A stretch of DNA of 64,000 bases from Candidatus Bathyarchaeota archaeon (GTDB lineage: Archaea; Thermoproteota; Bathyarchaeia; 40CM-2-53-6), in NCBI GenBank assembly GCA_963780265.1, contig CAWABQ010000028.1, positions 135,491 through 199,490 of the forward strand, in the 5' to 3' direction. The notes beneath the pieces are model-generated. The model was not told where the DNA came from and did not search any database. It worked only from the letters and a program-made list of their open reading frames with translations. The position numbers and the translations under genes were made by a program. The first letter of the stretch is position 1; each line of letters opens with the position of its first letter. Of this stretch, positions 45,793 to 55,494 are shown in pieces.

Positions 45793-46635
45793 GTGATCAG
45801 GCTTGGGATGCATGTGTCAATTTCGGGCACAATAGACCAAGCAGCCGACCGCGCACGGGAATTTGGCTGTGACACGTTCCAAATCTTCACGAGGAACCCG
45901 AGAGGTTGGAAGTACAAGAAGCTCGACCGGCAGGAAGTTGAAGAGTTCAAGCGGAAGATCGGATCGTACAACCTAACTCCCGTGGTCGCCCACATGCCGT
46001 ACCTGCCAAACCTATCGTCGCCCATGAAGTTGATCTATAACAAATCCGTTAAGTCACTTAGTGCTGAGCTTAACAGATGCGGCACGCTTGGAATCCCCTA
46101 CATTGTGACTCACCTCGGTAGCCACCTCGGTAAAGGCTCCGACATCGGCTTGGAAAGAATCGTAGGCGCAGTAAATCAGGCACTTTCAGAGAATCAAAGC
46201 GATGTCATGCTCCTCCTTGAGAACACTGCAGGCACCAAGAACAGCATGGGCTCTTCTTTCGAAGATATCAAGAGAATCTTGGATCACGTCGAGAACAAGA
46301 AACGCGTAGGTATCTGTTTCGATACTGCGCACGCGTACGCAGCCGGCTACGACTTACACTCGCCCCAAGGGGTTAACGACACTCTCAAGAAATTCGATTC
46401 CGTGCTAGGTTTCAGCCTCTTGAAGGTGTTTCACCTGAATGATTCGCAGGTCGGTTTGGGTTCAGGTCGGGATAGGCATGAGCACATAGGGTTGGGTTAC
46501 ATCGGGGAAGAGGGTTTCAAGGCGCTCTTCAAGCATGAGGCAGCCCGAGAGCGCCCATTCATTATGGAAACACCCATCGATGACCGTGGGAACGAAAAGG
46601 ACAACATGCGCAAAGTAAGAGAACTCTCAGCTTGA
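45793..46635 (+). CDS. nfo: deoxyribonuclease IV (endonuclease IV)
   Basis: LGMHVSISG, THLGSH, LLENTAG, FDTAHAYAAGYD, HLNDS..GSGRDRHEHIG. The start is taken at GTG 45793 (the ATG at 45808 is also possible). The long upstream extension of the ORF is rejected. Confidence 0.9.
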   Translation: MIRLGMHVSISGTIDQAADRAREFGCDTFQIFTRNPRGWKYKKLDRQEVEEFKRKIGSYNLTPVVAHMPYLPNLSSPMKLIYNKSVKSLSAELNRCGTLGIPYIVTHLGSHLGKGSDIGLERIVGAVNQALSENQSDVMLLLENTAGTKNSMGSSFEDIKRILDHVENKKRVGICFDTAHAYAAGYDLHSPQGVNDTLKKFDSVLGFSLLKVFHLNDSQVGLGSGRDRHEHIGLGYIGEEGFKALFKHEAARERPFIMETPIDDRGNEKDNMRKVRELSA

Positions 46636-46890
46636 GCAGAACTCTCTCAAAATCCCTTCAAGTTTGTTCGCAAATGCTCCGCGAGAGAGCACAACGCTAA
46701 TTCCAATGCGCCGCGCCTCCTCCGCTAACCCTCTGTTCACGTGCGAATAGTAACCCACAAACTTACAGGACGCGTTCTTGGCGACTCCTTCCAGGGTTGC
46801 AAGCTTTCCCTCCGTTGCGTCAAGATTCACGAGAACAACTCGTGGCGTGGTTTGCCTTGTTTCTTCGAGAAACTCCTCAAGATTACTCAT
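46627..46890 (-). CDS. hypothetical protein
   Basis: The ORF is trimmed to the internal ATG (MSNLEEFLEE). No motif recognised. Confidence 0.45.
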   Translation of the reverse strand: MSNLEEFLEETRQTTPRVVLVNLDATEGKLATLEGVAKNASCKFVGYYSHVNRGLAEEARRIGISVVLSRGAFANKLEGILREFCSS

Positions 46891-47088
46891 GACCTTAACC
46901 CGGATCCCAACTCTCGCGCCTGCGCTTTCGATTCTTGAGGAGAACAAAAGGTCGGGCTCATAGGCGATTAGTTCGGTCGTGAAAACTACACCTTCCTATG
47001 AAGTGGCTCACTGGGCTCCAATCCTCCCTCGGTAACTAAAGAAAACGAAATTGATTAAAGTTCGCCGAGCTTTCTACCTGACGCAGCC

Positions 47089-47704
47089 ATGATATTCAGA
47101 CAGGTTCCGGTAGGCACGTTCCAGAACTTCTCATACATTATCGGAGACGAAAAGACGAAGTCGGCTGCGCTAGTAGACCCTGCTTGGGAAGTTGATAATC
47201 TACTGGCGCAATGCGAAGAATTGGGTTTGAAGGTTACACGGGTCATCAATACGCATTCCCACCATGACCATATCGAAGGAAACGAAGCCGTCGCTAAACG
47301 TACAGGGCGCAAAGGTCGTCATGCACGAGAAATCCCCCGTCCGAAAGGATATTGCGGTGAAGGATGGCGACACCATTGAAGTTGGATCGGTGAAGTTGAA
47401 GGTGTTCCACACGCCGGGACATTGCCCAGACCACATCTGCCTGCTCGTAGACGGAAAACTACTCGACCGGGGACACCTTGTTCGTTGGCGAATGCGGCAG
47501 AACAGACTTGGCGGGCGGAAACTCGGCAGACATGTATGATAGCCTCGTAAAGAAGATCCTTCCCCTAGATGATTCGATAGAAGTCTACCCGGGTCACGAC
47601 TACGGAAAAAACCATCATCAACCATCGGAAATGAACGCAAGAACAATTACACGCTGAAACCCCGCACCCGGGAAGAATTCATTAAGTTCATGGCTGAGCC
47701 GTGA
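47089..47704 (+). CDS. MBL-fold hydrolase (glyoxalase II-like), interrupted by about 3 frameshifts
   Basis: NTHSHHDHIEGN, then HTPGHCPDHICLLVDG in a second frame, then GDTLFVGECGRTDL..YPGHDYG in a third. The last shift sits in the A6 run 47606..47611 (GKKPSSTIGNERKNNYTL after correction). Confidence 0.75.
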
Positions 47705-48348
47705 CGCCCAACTCTAGAAGAACAGAGAACAGAATTTTGCAAAAGGCCGAGAACGCAGAAGTTCTGAGGAAGATTCTTCGAGCCATCGGAGATACGCCAA
47801 AGAGCATCTACTCTCCAAGCGAAGACAGCTTCCTAATGGTGGACGCCATTGCGACATTGCCAGTCGAAGGTAGGAGAGTGCTAGATGTCGGGACGGGCTC
47901 GGGGATCTTAGGTTTGTTCTGTGCATTGCGGCGGGCCCAGGTGACGGTTACAGACGTTGACGAGCACGCATTGCAACAAACCATGAAAGTAGCCGGCGTG
48001 CTGGGGCTGAGCGTGGAAACAACTCTCTCCGACATGTTCTCCAAGGTGCAGGGCCTGTTTGATCTGATCCTATTCAATCCGCCCTACCTGCCCAGTTCAG
48101 TTGTTGAAGATAGAACCGTTGACGGTGGCCGGGGCGGCACGACCTTGCTGAAGCGATTCTTAGAGGGACTGGCGGCTCACCTCAAGAGCGGCGGGACGGC
48201 CCTGCTTCTGGCAAGCAGCCTAAATGAGCCAGCACCCCTGCTCGAAGAGCACCCAGAGTTCCAATATTCCGTAGTGGCGAAGCGCGCTTTGTTCTTTGAG
48301 GAACTGCAGGTTTTAGGCGTGAGGTTTCGAGAGAACCTCGCTAGTTAG
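47701..48348 (+). CDS. HemK/Mtq2-like protein (glutamine) N5-methyltransferase
   Basis: VLDVGTGSGILG and catalytic FNPPYLPS. Confidence 0.8.
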   Translation: MTPNSRRTENRILQKAENAEVLRKILRAIGDTPKSIYSPSEDSFLMVDAIATLPVEGRRVLDVGTGSGILGLFCALRRAQVTVTDVDEHALQQTMKVAGVLGLSVETTLSDMFSKVQGLFDLILFNPPYLPSSVVEDRTVDGGRGGTTLLKRFLEGLAAHLKSGGTALLLASSLNEPAPLLEEHPEFQYSVVAKRALFFEELQVLGVRFRENLAS

Positions 48349-48708
48349 CGATTTAATCGCCACATCGTCCTCGTAGAAATCCTTCTCCACGACCGATTTC
48401 CTGCCGGCAAAACCCTCATGCAATTCATGCCAGAAGGACACGTTCGCTTCATCCAACTTCCAGCACAGCCAAACACGTGTCCCGAGCCTAACGGCGGGGA
48501 AATCGATTAACCCGATGTTCATATCCTTAAGCACACAACCGAGTTCCTCGAGTTTCTGAATCTCTTTTTCAAGCCGCTCCATCGCGTCGGTCATCTCCTC
48601 CTCCTTCAAGCCATCAGCTTCCTTCTTGATGGAGATGATGCGCTGAACCGTCGCTTTCACTTCCGGTAGGAACTCGTTGGCCTGCTTGGGCGTGAAGAAG
48701 ATAGGCAA
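48313..48708 (-). CDS. DUF2203 family protein
   Basis: FTPKQANEFLPEV...GCVLKDMNIGLIDFP...VWLCWKLDE..FWHELHEGFAGRK matches my recollection of DUF2203. Confidence 0.65.
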   Translation of the reverse strand: MPIFFTPKQANEFLPEVKATVQRIISIKKEADGLKEEEMTDAMERLEKEIQKLEELGCVLKDMNIGLIDFPAVRLGTRVWLCWKLDEANVSFWHELHEGFAGRKSVVEKDFYEDDVAIKSLTSEVLSKPHA

Positions 48709-48820
48709 AGTTAACTCTCTTCCAACCTCTCCGTACCGAGAATAAGAGCTTTACATCAACGAGGCGGGACCGACCATCAGAATAAACGACTGGGCGCGCG
48801 AACTTCTTCTCGAATCCCGC

Positions 48821-49204
48821 TTGGCACACTTGGCTACGTCAACGAAACATGGCAAGCCACACGTTGTTCCGATCTGTTATGTGTACGATGGCGGCTCAAT
48901 CTATAGCTCAATCGACGAAAAACCAAAGCGAACGAACCCCACTCAATTGCGGCGGATCCTGAATATCGTTGAGAACCCCGACGTGTCCTTGCTTGTGGAT
49001 CAATACGATGAAGACTGGAGCAAGCTGAAGTACGTGATTGTGCACGGTCCCGCAGAAATTGTCCACGAAGGAGAGCAGCATGAACGAGCAGTTCTGCTCT
49101 TGCGGGAAAAATACCCGCAGTATCGGGTAATGAAACTTGAAGGAAGGCCCATAATCAGAATCAAACCGACTAGAGTGGTCGCCTGGAGCGCCGGGGGCAC
49201 ATAG
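48821..49204 (+). CDS. PPOX-class (F420/FMN-binding split-barrel) oxidoreductase
   Basis: LATSTKHGKPHVVPICYVYDG...YVIVHGPAE. The protein-like sequence (INDWARELLLESR) extends upstream to ~48776 without a canonical start, so the start is uncertain. Confidence 0.7.
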   Translation: MAHLATSTKHGKPHVVPICYVYDGGSIYSSIDEKPKRTNPTQLRRILNIVENPDVSLLVDQYDEDWSKLKYVIVHGPAEIVHEGEQHERAVLLLREKYPQYRVMKLEGRPIIRIKPTRVVAWSAGGT

Positions 49205-49334
49205 CGGCGATGTTCAGGTGCGTTTTTTACGTCAGCCGACCTCCATAGATTGACCCCTATTGCTGCAGCCCCCAACTAAACTCTCAATTTCGTCAGACAG
49301 ACGATGCAATTGCCCTGAGAACCATCTCAACTGT

Positions 49335-50151
49335 ATGTCGCCTAAGGAATGGATTAAGGCACAGATCGGGGTCTGGAAAGTCTTCTATGAGAAACGTGAC
49401 ATCAGAGACAAAGAAGTCCATCCCGCAGTGATGCCCATCGCCCTTGCCAAAAGGGCGGTGGAGTTATTCACGCACAAGGGTGAGCTAGTGCTCGACCCGT
49501 TCAACGGAATCGGCACAACACTCGTGACCTGTCAAGACCTTGAGCGAAATGCGGTGGGCTTCGACATCAACTCCCAATATTGCAATGTTGCCAGGCAGCG
49601 ACTCGGCAATACTGAACCGAAACTCGGGACTCAGCAAATCGTAGTCTGTGACGATGCCAGGAGAACACCTGCATATCTTCGCGAGGGCTCAGTCAGTTTG
49701 ATCTTCACATCCCCTCCCTACACGAACCTACTCAACAGGCCGAGGTTGAACAAGAGCAGAAGAGGCGAACTGAGGCGGAACAAGCAGTACCTCAAGGTAG
49801 AACAATACAGCCAAGACCAGAGAACTAGGAACACTAACCGTCGAAAAATATGCGGCACAAATTAGAGAGATTTTCAGCAGTCTTCTTCCCATCCTGAAAC
49901 CTAGGGGTCAGGCAATCATTAACGTACCCGACATGTGGCGGAAGAACGAGAGGCATGGGGAAAGAGTCCCGCTTCACATCCATGTATATCACGCCCTCGT
50001 TGAAGCGGGTTACGAGCTTCGGAACACAATCATCTGGGACAGAACCAACATCGTCAACAGAGTGGGAATCTTCGGCTGGCCGTCAAACTACATAACGATG
50101 GGCACAACGTTCGAATACCTTCTCAATTTTTGGAAACCCACTTCGCTCTAA
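49335..50151 (+). CDS. orphan N4/N6 DNA methyltransferase, frameshift near 49820
   Basis: Motif X-I HPAVMPIALAKRAV..LVLDPFNGIGTT and motif IV FTSPPY. The C-terminal part (RELGTLTVEKYAAQIREIF...IIWDR) is in another frame. Confidence 0.8.
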
Positions 50152-50529
50152 TTATTGGCTGGTTAAACCAAAAGCATATGTACGGTCCGACCCGTTCTCG
50201 TGGGAAATCTCACCGGATTTGAAGAGCCATGAGCCAGACCACGAAGAGTCCAAGCTTCGAGTCACGTGAGTTAGCCGTGGTTGGCAATTTCTTTTTCTGC
50301 GAGGTTTGCAATGCCGTCTGCGAGTATGGTGATCCTGTCTGGGAGGAGCATGAGAAGGAAATGAAGTTCCACAAGATGAAACGGATGCTCCTTCTTCGAT
50401 GCTGGAACTGCGGAACAGTTGTGGTTGACGCCTACCGGAGTATTCCCTGGAGCGCAATCAGTTCTGGTGTAGGAACTGCATCGAAAAAGTGGGCTACCTC
50501 AAATTTAGGTCCACAACCTAACGCGAGCT

Positions 50530-51585
50530 TCATTGCCACCGTTTCGTTGTTCCCTTCCAGTAAGCTTTCCAATATGGGTCAGAATTAGGATAGGTGAGGC
50601 GGACGCGCCCTCGCCTCGTTATAGCTTGCGCTGAACGTTTCTTCGACGTGAACCGGCCGACGATCTGCGATGGTATTCCGGCTCGGTTCAGTTGGCTCAA
50701 GACTTTTGATGTTTTGTTCGGCCGGGAGGCAATTATGAGAGTCCCCTCGCTTAGGGATGTCAAAGGGTCGATTCGAAAGAACTTGCAGATTTCCCGCGTC
50801 TCTTCAGAAATCGAAATTTCGTCGACATCGAGTTCTGTTCCGAGGCCTGATGCGTTTGCAAGTTCTAAGACCGCAGCAATGACCCCGCCCTCGGTTGCGT
50901 CATGCATGGCTGTTACGCCATCCCGATGAATTCCAACAGAGGCTGCTATGAGAGCGTCTTTGACGGTCGACACCTTGGACAGGTAACGCCAAGCCTTCTC
51001 GAACAGTCTGGCCCCTAACACTTTCTTAATCGTTCGCGGGAATGCTCGGGTGAGGATTGCGGTTGTCTCGACTGCAACGCCTTTGGTGAGGATGATATCG
51101 TCTCCGCTAGTAGCCATTTCAGATGTTAGGTACCGCCCTTCATCACAGACGGTGTACATCACGCCGCCCCCAATTATCGAATAGCCGCAACCTTGGTATT
51201 TTCCCGTGTGCCCCCCCACAATCGCGACCCCAAGCCTCTTGCACTCAGCATGGAACGCCTTCCAATACTCGGCAAATTGGTGATTGCTCATTTGGGGAGG
51301 AAGATTGAAGTCGAAGATACCGAACTGAGGAGCGGAACCACACGTGGTTAGATCGGATGCTAACAGGTTGACGGAGAGCCACGCAGATTCACGTGGCCGC
51401 AGGCTTGGTATGAAGGATAGTGGGTCAGTTGTGGCCACAAGTACTCTTCCCGTTCCAACTCTGACGACTGCGTTGTCAACGCCGAATTTTGGGCCAACGA
51501 TGATTTCTCGGCGTGCGGCGCCGAGCCTAGGATAGATAACTCTATCCAAGTAGTTTCGGTTGACTTTTCCAAGGTAACCCGTCAA
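50530..51585 (-). CDS. AIR synthase-related (PurM/HypE/ThiL superfamily) protein
   Basis: VATTDPLSF, VNLLASDL, GGHTG and MHDATEGGV are typical of the PurM-like two-domain fold. It lies downstream of thiT on the same strand. Confidence 0.8.
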   Translation of the reverse strand: MTGYLGKVNRNYLDRVIYPRLGAARREIIVGPKFGVDNAVVRVGTGRVLVATTDPLSFIPSLRPRESAWLSVNLLASDLTTCGSAPQFGIFDFNLPPQMSNHQFAEYWKAFHAECKRLGVAIVGGHTGKYQGCGYSIIGGGVMYTVCDEGRYLTSEMATSGDDIILTKGVAVETTAILTRAFPRTIKKVLGARLFEKAWRYLSKVSTVKDALIAASVGIHRDGVTAMHDATEGGVIAAVLELANASGLGTELDVDEISISEETREICKFFRIDPLTSLSEGTLIIASRPNKTSKVLSQLNRAGIPSQIVGRFTSKKRSAQAITRRGRVRLTYPNSDPYWKAYWKGTTKRWQ

Positions 51586-51675
51586 TCTTCTTCACCTCAA
51601 CATTCTAGGATTGTACACGCAAGAGGGAGAGCGAAAAGAGGAGGTTTGCGTTATTCCGCGTTTCTTTGTGGCGGC

Positions 51676-52194
51676 TCAGAGATAGAGTTGTAGGATATGC
51701 CTTTTTTGCAATATGACCATGAACACAGAGCTTATGATGAGTTCTGGAACAAGATACCATGCGTTGTATATTGCGGAGTAAAGCGCCGGATTCATTCCAA
51801 TTGGGGCATATGTAGCGAAGAAGACGAGCCCTGAGGTGAAATGGCAAAGAAACCTACCTGCTATTCCGACCGCGACGCCGAGTACTGGGGAATTTCGGAA
51901 GAAGCCAGCTAGCCCGAGTGCGCCGAAAGCTAATGGATAGTCGAGCAGTACCTGAACTGGGTGGTAGATGAAAGGCTCTTCCACGAGCACCACCAAGCCG
52001 AAAGCAATGCCCGCCAAGATTCCAATGCGCGGGCCTCTTCTTTGGGCAACGAAAAAGATCGGGACCATTGCGGCAAGGGTCACTCTACCACCTTCAGGCA
52101 TCTGTAAAGGGAGAAATCCGGAAACGTACTCAAGGACTCCCGCCAAAGCAACCATAGCGATTATTTCCGTCAATATCTTTGTTTGAATTTTCAC
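51676..52194 (-). CDS. thiT: ECF-type thiamine transporter S component (ThiT-like)
   Basis: 172-aa 6-TM protein (GGRVTLAAMVPIFFVAQRRGP, YPLAFGALGLAGFF) directly downstream of a TPP riboswitch. Confidence 0.75.
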   Translation of the reverse strand: MKIQTKILTEIIAMVALAGVLEYVSGFLPLQMPEGGRVTLAAMVPIFFVAQRRGPRIGILAGIAFGLVVLVEEPFIYHPVQVLLDYPLAFGALGLAGFFRNSPVLGVAVGIAGRFLCHFTSGLVFFATYAPIGMNPALYSAIYNAWYLVPELIISSVFMVILQKRHILQLYL

Positions 52195-52299
52195 CGTCCA
52201 ACTTCACCTCCATGTTTCGAGTGAAGGTTACCGAGGACAGCGACATGGAACACTCTGGGTGGATTGCAGAACACAGTTACGCGACTAGAGTTCACTTAG

Positions 52300-52390
52300 C
52301 ACACTCCCTACGCCGGCATTATCCGGTTCAGGTTCACGGGGTCGACGGCATCAACCGTCCTCTCAGCCGGGACACCCCAGCTCCCCCGGT
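52300..52390 (-). promoter_or_regulatory. TPP (THI-box) riboswitch
   Basis: The minus strand reads GGGGUGUCCCGGCUGAGAGGACGGUUGAUGCCGUCGACCCCGUGAACCUGAACCGGAUAAUGCCGGCGUAGGGAGUG. It carries the invariant CUGAGA, ACCC..GAACCUGA and GGAUAAUGCC.GCGUAGGGA blocks, ~100 nt upstream of the thiT GTG. Confidence 0.85.
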
Positions 52391-52476
52391 ACCCTCAGGC
52401 AAGCACAGAAGAAACGCAAATTTAGGGTTAACTCTCAGTTAGCGAAGTACGTTTCAAGTTTTGTGAACGAATGCCG

Positions 52477-53033
52477 CTAGCCACGTGCGTACTTTGTTTC
52501 AATCGGAACTCTGTGAACGTACACTCTTGATGGCGCGTACAGGGTGATGAATGGTTCCGGTTTTGAAGTTTCGCCAGCCAAGATTGAACCCGTTGAGCTG
52601 CCCAGGTCAGCGAATAGGACGCTGCCGTCTTCTAAGCCGAAGATTGCGGCATGAATTCGTGAAGGGATTATTCGCACGCGGCTGTCATACTGTTCAACTT
52701 CGCTCTCCTCCTTAGGTGACCAGACGATTAGTTTCGAATCGGGGGCTCGCGCCTACCCATGACATAAACGCTGCCCATCTCGATAGTGACCGAGCTGAGG
52801 CTGCCCGACAGGAGCCGATGTGAGTCTTTGTAGAATAGTGGTGTAGTTCGGCCGAGGACTATTATGACCGGGTCGATAGTGTCGTTGATCTTGAAGGGTT
52901 CATAGACTTTCACGGCGCCCGCTCCATATTGCCCTGTGTAGCTGCTAAAGGACTCATCGAACGAGGAATACTTTCTGCGGAACTCATCTACTACGGTTCC
53001 GAGTTTAGATTGGAGCGAGGAGAGAGCTAGCAT
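52477..53033 (-). CDS. hypothetical protein, probably one gene split by a frameshift near 52700
   Basis: ORFs 52728..53033 and 52477..52677 are collinear. The second frame is open upstream (IVWSPKEESEVEQYDSRVRIIPS) without a start. Confidence 0.35.
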
Positions 53034-53095
53034 CGGCCTCTAACCAAGATGGAAGCGCACGCGTAATTAAAGCCTAGGAAATGCGGAGTGATTTC

Positions 53096-53656
53096 TCAGA
53101 GCTGTACGCTGGCGAGCTTGTCGAAACCGTCACCTTGGATCTTCAGATTCGGGTTAGGTATCAGGGTGGATGCGTAGCGCCAGCCTGAAGATCCATATGG
53201 AGCGCGAAAGGGTGCGAAGATCATCACACCTAGAATTTTCTCTGAATCATGGTCGAAAATTCTACCCGTAAATGAACGAGCGAGGGCGATCTTACTCATT
53301 GCTTTCCTACGGTTCGAAGAGATTGATGTGGAGAGCACTACGAGTGAAGCTTCTTTTTTCGGTAACTGTTTGAGGGAGTGCGCTCTTAGTCGAAGTAATT
53401 CTCTCAAGAAATCTTGACGGTAGAAGAGGCGGCGCCGTCGGTCTGATATGCCGTTCGCCCTGGTTTTGACTTCAATGTAGGTCCAACGGTCACCCAAGGA
53501 GACCGCGAGGTCTGCGTGTTTGCCGCCTGGCAACGTGGGCTCGGATTTCACTGCAATACCACGCTGAGCACAGGTCCTGGCTATGCCGGATACCAATGCG
53601 CTGTGATCGAAACTGTTGGCGTACCCGAGTGCGGAAACGTATATTCCGTTCTTCAC
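53096..53656 (-). CDS. hypothetical protein with a PD-(D/E)xK-like N-terminal motif
   Basis: GKHADLAVSLGDRWTYIEVKTR is a D..E-x-K pattern. Confidence 0.45.
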   Translation of the reverse strand: MKNGIYVSALGYANSFDHSALVSGIARTCAQRGIAVKSEPTLPGGKHADLAVSLGDRWTYIEVKTRANGISDRRRRLFYRQDFLRELLRLRAHSLKQLPKKEASLVVLSTSISSNRRKAMSKIALARSFTGRIFDHDSEKILGVMIFAPFRAPYGSSGWRYASTLIPNPNLKIQGDGFDKLASVQL

Positions 53657-53855
53657 TCTTGCATCTCACGCCTCAAGGCTTTGCTTCGAATGGGTTAGCT
53701 TATTGAATTTTCCCTAAATGAACTATGCAATTCCTATTGACTAACGTCCAGTTGGTGCATATCCCAAAGAAGCTGCATTCAAATCTTCAAATAGCATGAT
53801 CGCCCTTAGCTAAACTAAGTTGCGCCATTAGTCGAGGATTTGGAAGTCAATAGCA

Positions 53856-54266
53856 TTGTTGCCTGATACAGTGAAGAAATTCATCCAAGACCGGTTCGAT
53901 AAGGAATACAATGGAGCCGTCGGGGTCCTATCCTCATTGAGGAGCGATGGAACACCCAACGCTTCACCAAAACATTTCCGCGCGAGGGATGACGAACACT
54001 TAGAGTTCACGGATGTATTTTCGACGACACTAAGCGAGGTACTCAAGAAAACTCCGGACGTTACTGTGGTTTTCTTCGATGCTCAGGCCATCATTGGGTT
54101 CAGGATGAGGGGAAAGGCGGTTATGGAGACTTTCGGGCCGCTCTTTCAGCAAGCGGCAAACCACTTGGAAAACTTGGGTTTCAAGCCTAAGGCCGTAGTA
54201 AGTATCAAACTGGAAGAGGTTCAGTCGTTAGCATTTGGTGCCAATACGGGCAAGAAAGTAGCCTGA
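53856..54266 (+). CDS. pyridoxamine 5'-phosphate oxidase-like FMN-binding protein
   Basis: Size and pattern (GVLSSLRSDGTPNASPKHF...LEFTDVF...GFRMRGKA) fit a PNPOx-like split barrel. Confidence 0.6.
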   Translation: MLPDTVKKFIQDRFDKEYNGAVGVLSSLRSDGTPNASPKHFRARDDEHLEFTDVFSTTLSEVLKKTPDVTVVFFDAQAIIGFRMRGKAVMETFGPLFQQAANHLENLGFKPKAVVSIKLEEVQSLAFGANTGKKVA

Positions 54267-54284
54267 CTACGTTTCATTCTGGGA

Positions 54285-54461
54285 TTAGGCATGCATGTCC
54301 AAGGGAACCGTGCTCAATTCTTCTTCCGAAAACGCTTCGACGTGTGCGGTCAGGTAGTGTTCGTTGAGCATACGCCTATCTTTGAACGGCCGCTCGCAGT
54401 ATAGGCACCGAATCGTCTGCTGCTGCGTTGACGCCGAGGCCCCGACGAAGTACACGCCCAT
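54285..54461 (-). CDS. hypothetical C2H2 zinc-finger mini-protein (58 aa)
   Basis: MGVYFVGASASTQQQTIRCLYCERPFKDRRMLNEHYLTAHVEAF has C-x2-C-x12-H-x4-H. It is below the ORF-track cut-off. Confidence 0.4.
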   Translation of the reverse strand: MGVYFVGASASTQQQTIRCLYCERPFKDRRMLNEHYLTAHVEAFSEEELSTVPLDMHA

Positions 54462-54596
54462 CTCGATAACCAGCAGACCACGCCTGATGGCTAAGCGTAT
54501 TTATCATAGCTTGGAAGAGCAGGCATGTTTGGAGAAAATTCCACTTTTCCACCCCAGCACTCCTGCGAATCGCGGCGTCGGATTCGAGACTAGTGG

Positions 54597-55474
54597 TTGG
54601 CAATGAAATTCATCGTCTGCATCAAACAGGTTCCGGCGGTTTCGGAACTTAGGTTCGACAACGTGAAGAAGACGCTCATTCGGGAAGGCGTACACAATGA
54701 GATTAACCCGTTTGACAGGCGGGCGATCACGTTCGCCACCACAACCAAGGAACAAAACGGGGGAGGAGTGGTTGTAATGACCATGGGGCCGCCCCAAGCC
54801 AAAGACGCCTTGACCGAAGCTATGGCGATGGGCGCCGATAGGGCCGTGCACCTCTTGGACAGAGCGTTCGCTGGTTCAGACACCCTCGCCACCTCACGTG
54901 CACTGTCCCTAGCGATCGAGAGAGAGAAGCCATTCGACATGATCCTCTGTGGGAAATATAGCGTGGACGGGAAACCGGGCATGTTGGCCCGGAGGTCGCT
55001 GAATTTCTCAGCATCCCCCACATCAGCGGCGCCACAAAAGTGGAATTATCCACATCCCGCAAGCAGGCCGTAGTTGAAACGGAAACGGATTATGGCTTCC
55101 AGCGAATAGAGGCTCCTTTGCCACTACTTCTAACGACGGCTGAGCGGTTAATCAAGCCCCACTTCCCGACTCAGGATGAATGGGAAGCTGTCAAATCAAA
55201 ACCGTACGCGGTGGTTTCCGCATCAGACCTCAGTCAAGACGCCACGCTGTTCGGGTCCAAAGGTTCGCCAACGTCTGTTTCAGAAATCTATTCGATAGAA
55301 ACTAAGCGGAAATGTGAGCTTATCGAAGGATCGACGGTGGAGGAGGGGGCCAAGAAGCTCGTGGAGAACCTGATGGCTCACGGCTTGTTTTCTGGATGGA
55401 AGGACGATGAGGAGAAACGGGTGAAGCCACCCCGTCCCGCCCGCGCGGTGAGAACAAGTCGTTCTGGGTTGTAG
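54597..55474 (+). CDS. etfB: electron transfer flavoprotein beta subunit, 1-nt frameshift
   Basis: MKFIVCIKQVP...NPFD...ILCGKYSVDG. The frames join (DGKTGHVGPEVAEFLSIPHISGATKVEL) if an A is added to the AAA run 54972..54974. Confidence 0.85.
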
Positions 55475-55494
55475 CTGAACTAGTCCAAGGGCGT

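Noticed and set aside
50152-50588. ORFs 50229..50588 (+) and 50152..50457 (-) between the methyltransferase and the PurM-like gene
   Set aside because: They overlap each other, one runs into the end of the neighbouring gene, and they have biased composition with no motifs beyond two CxxC pairs. They are left unannotated.
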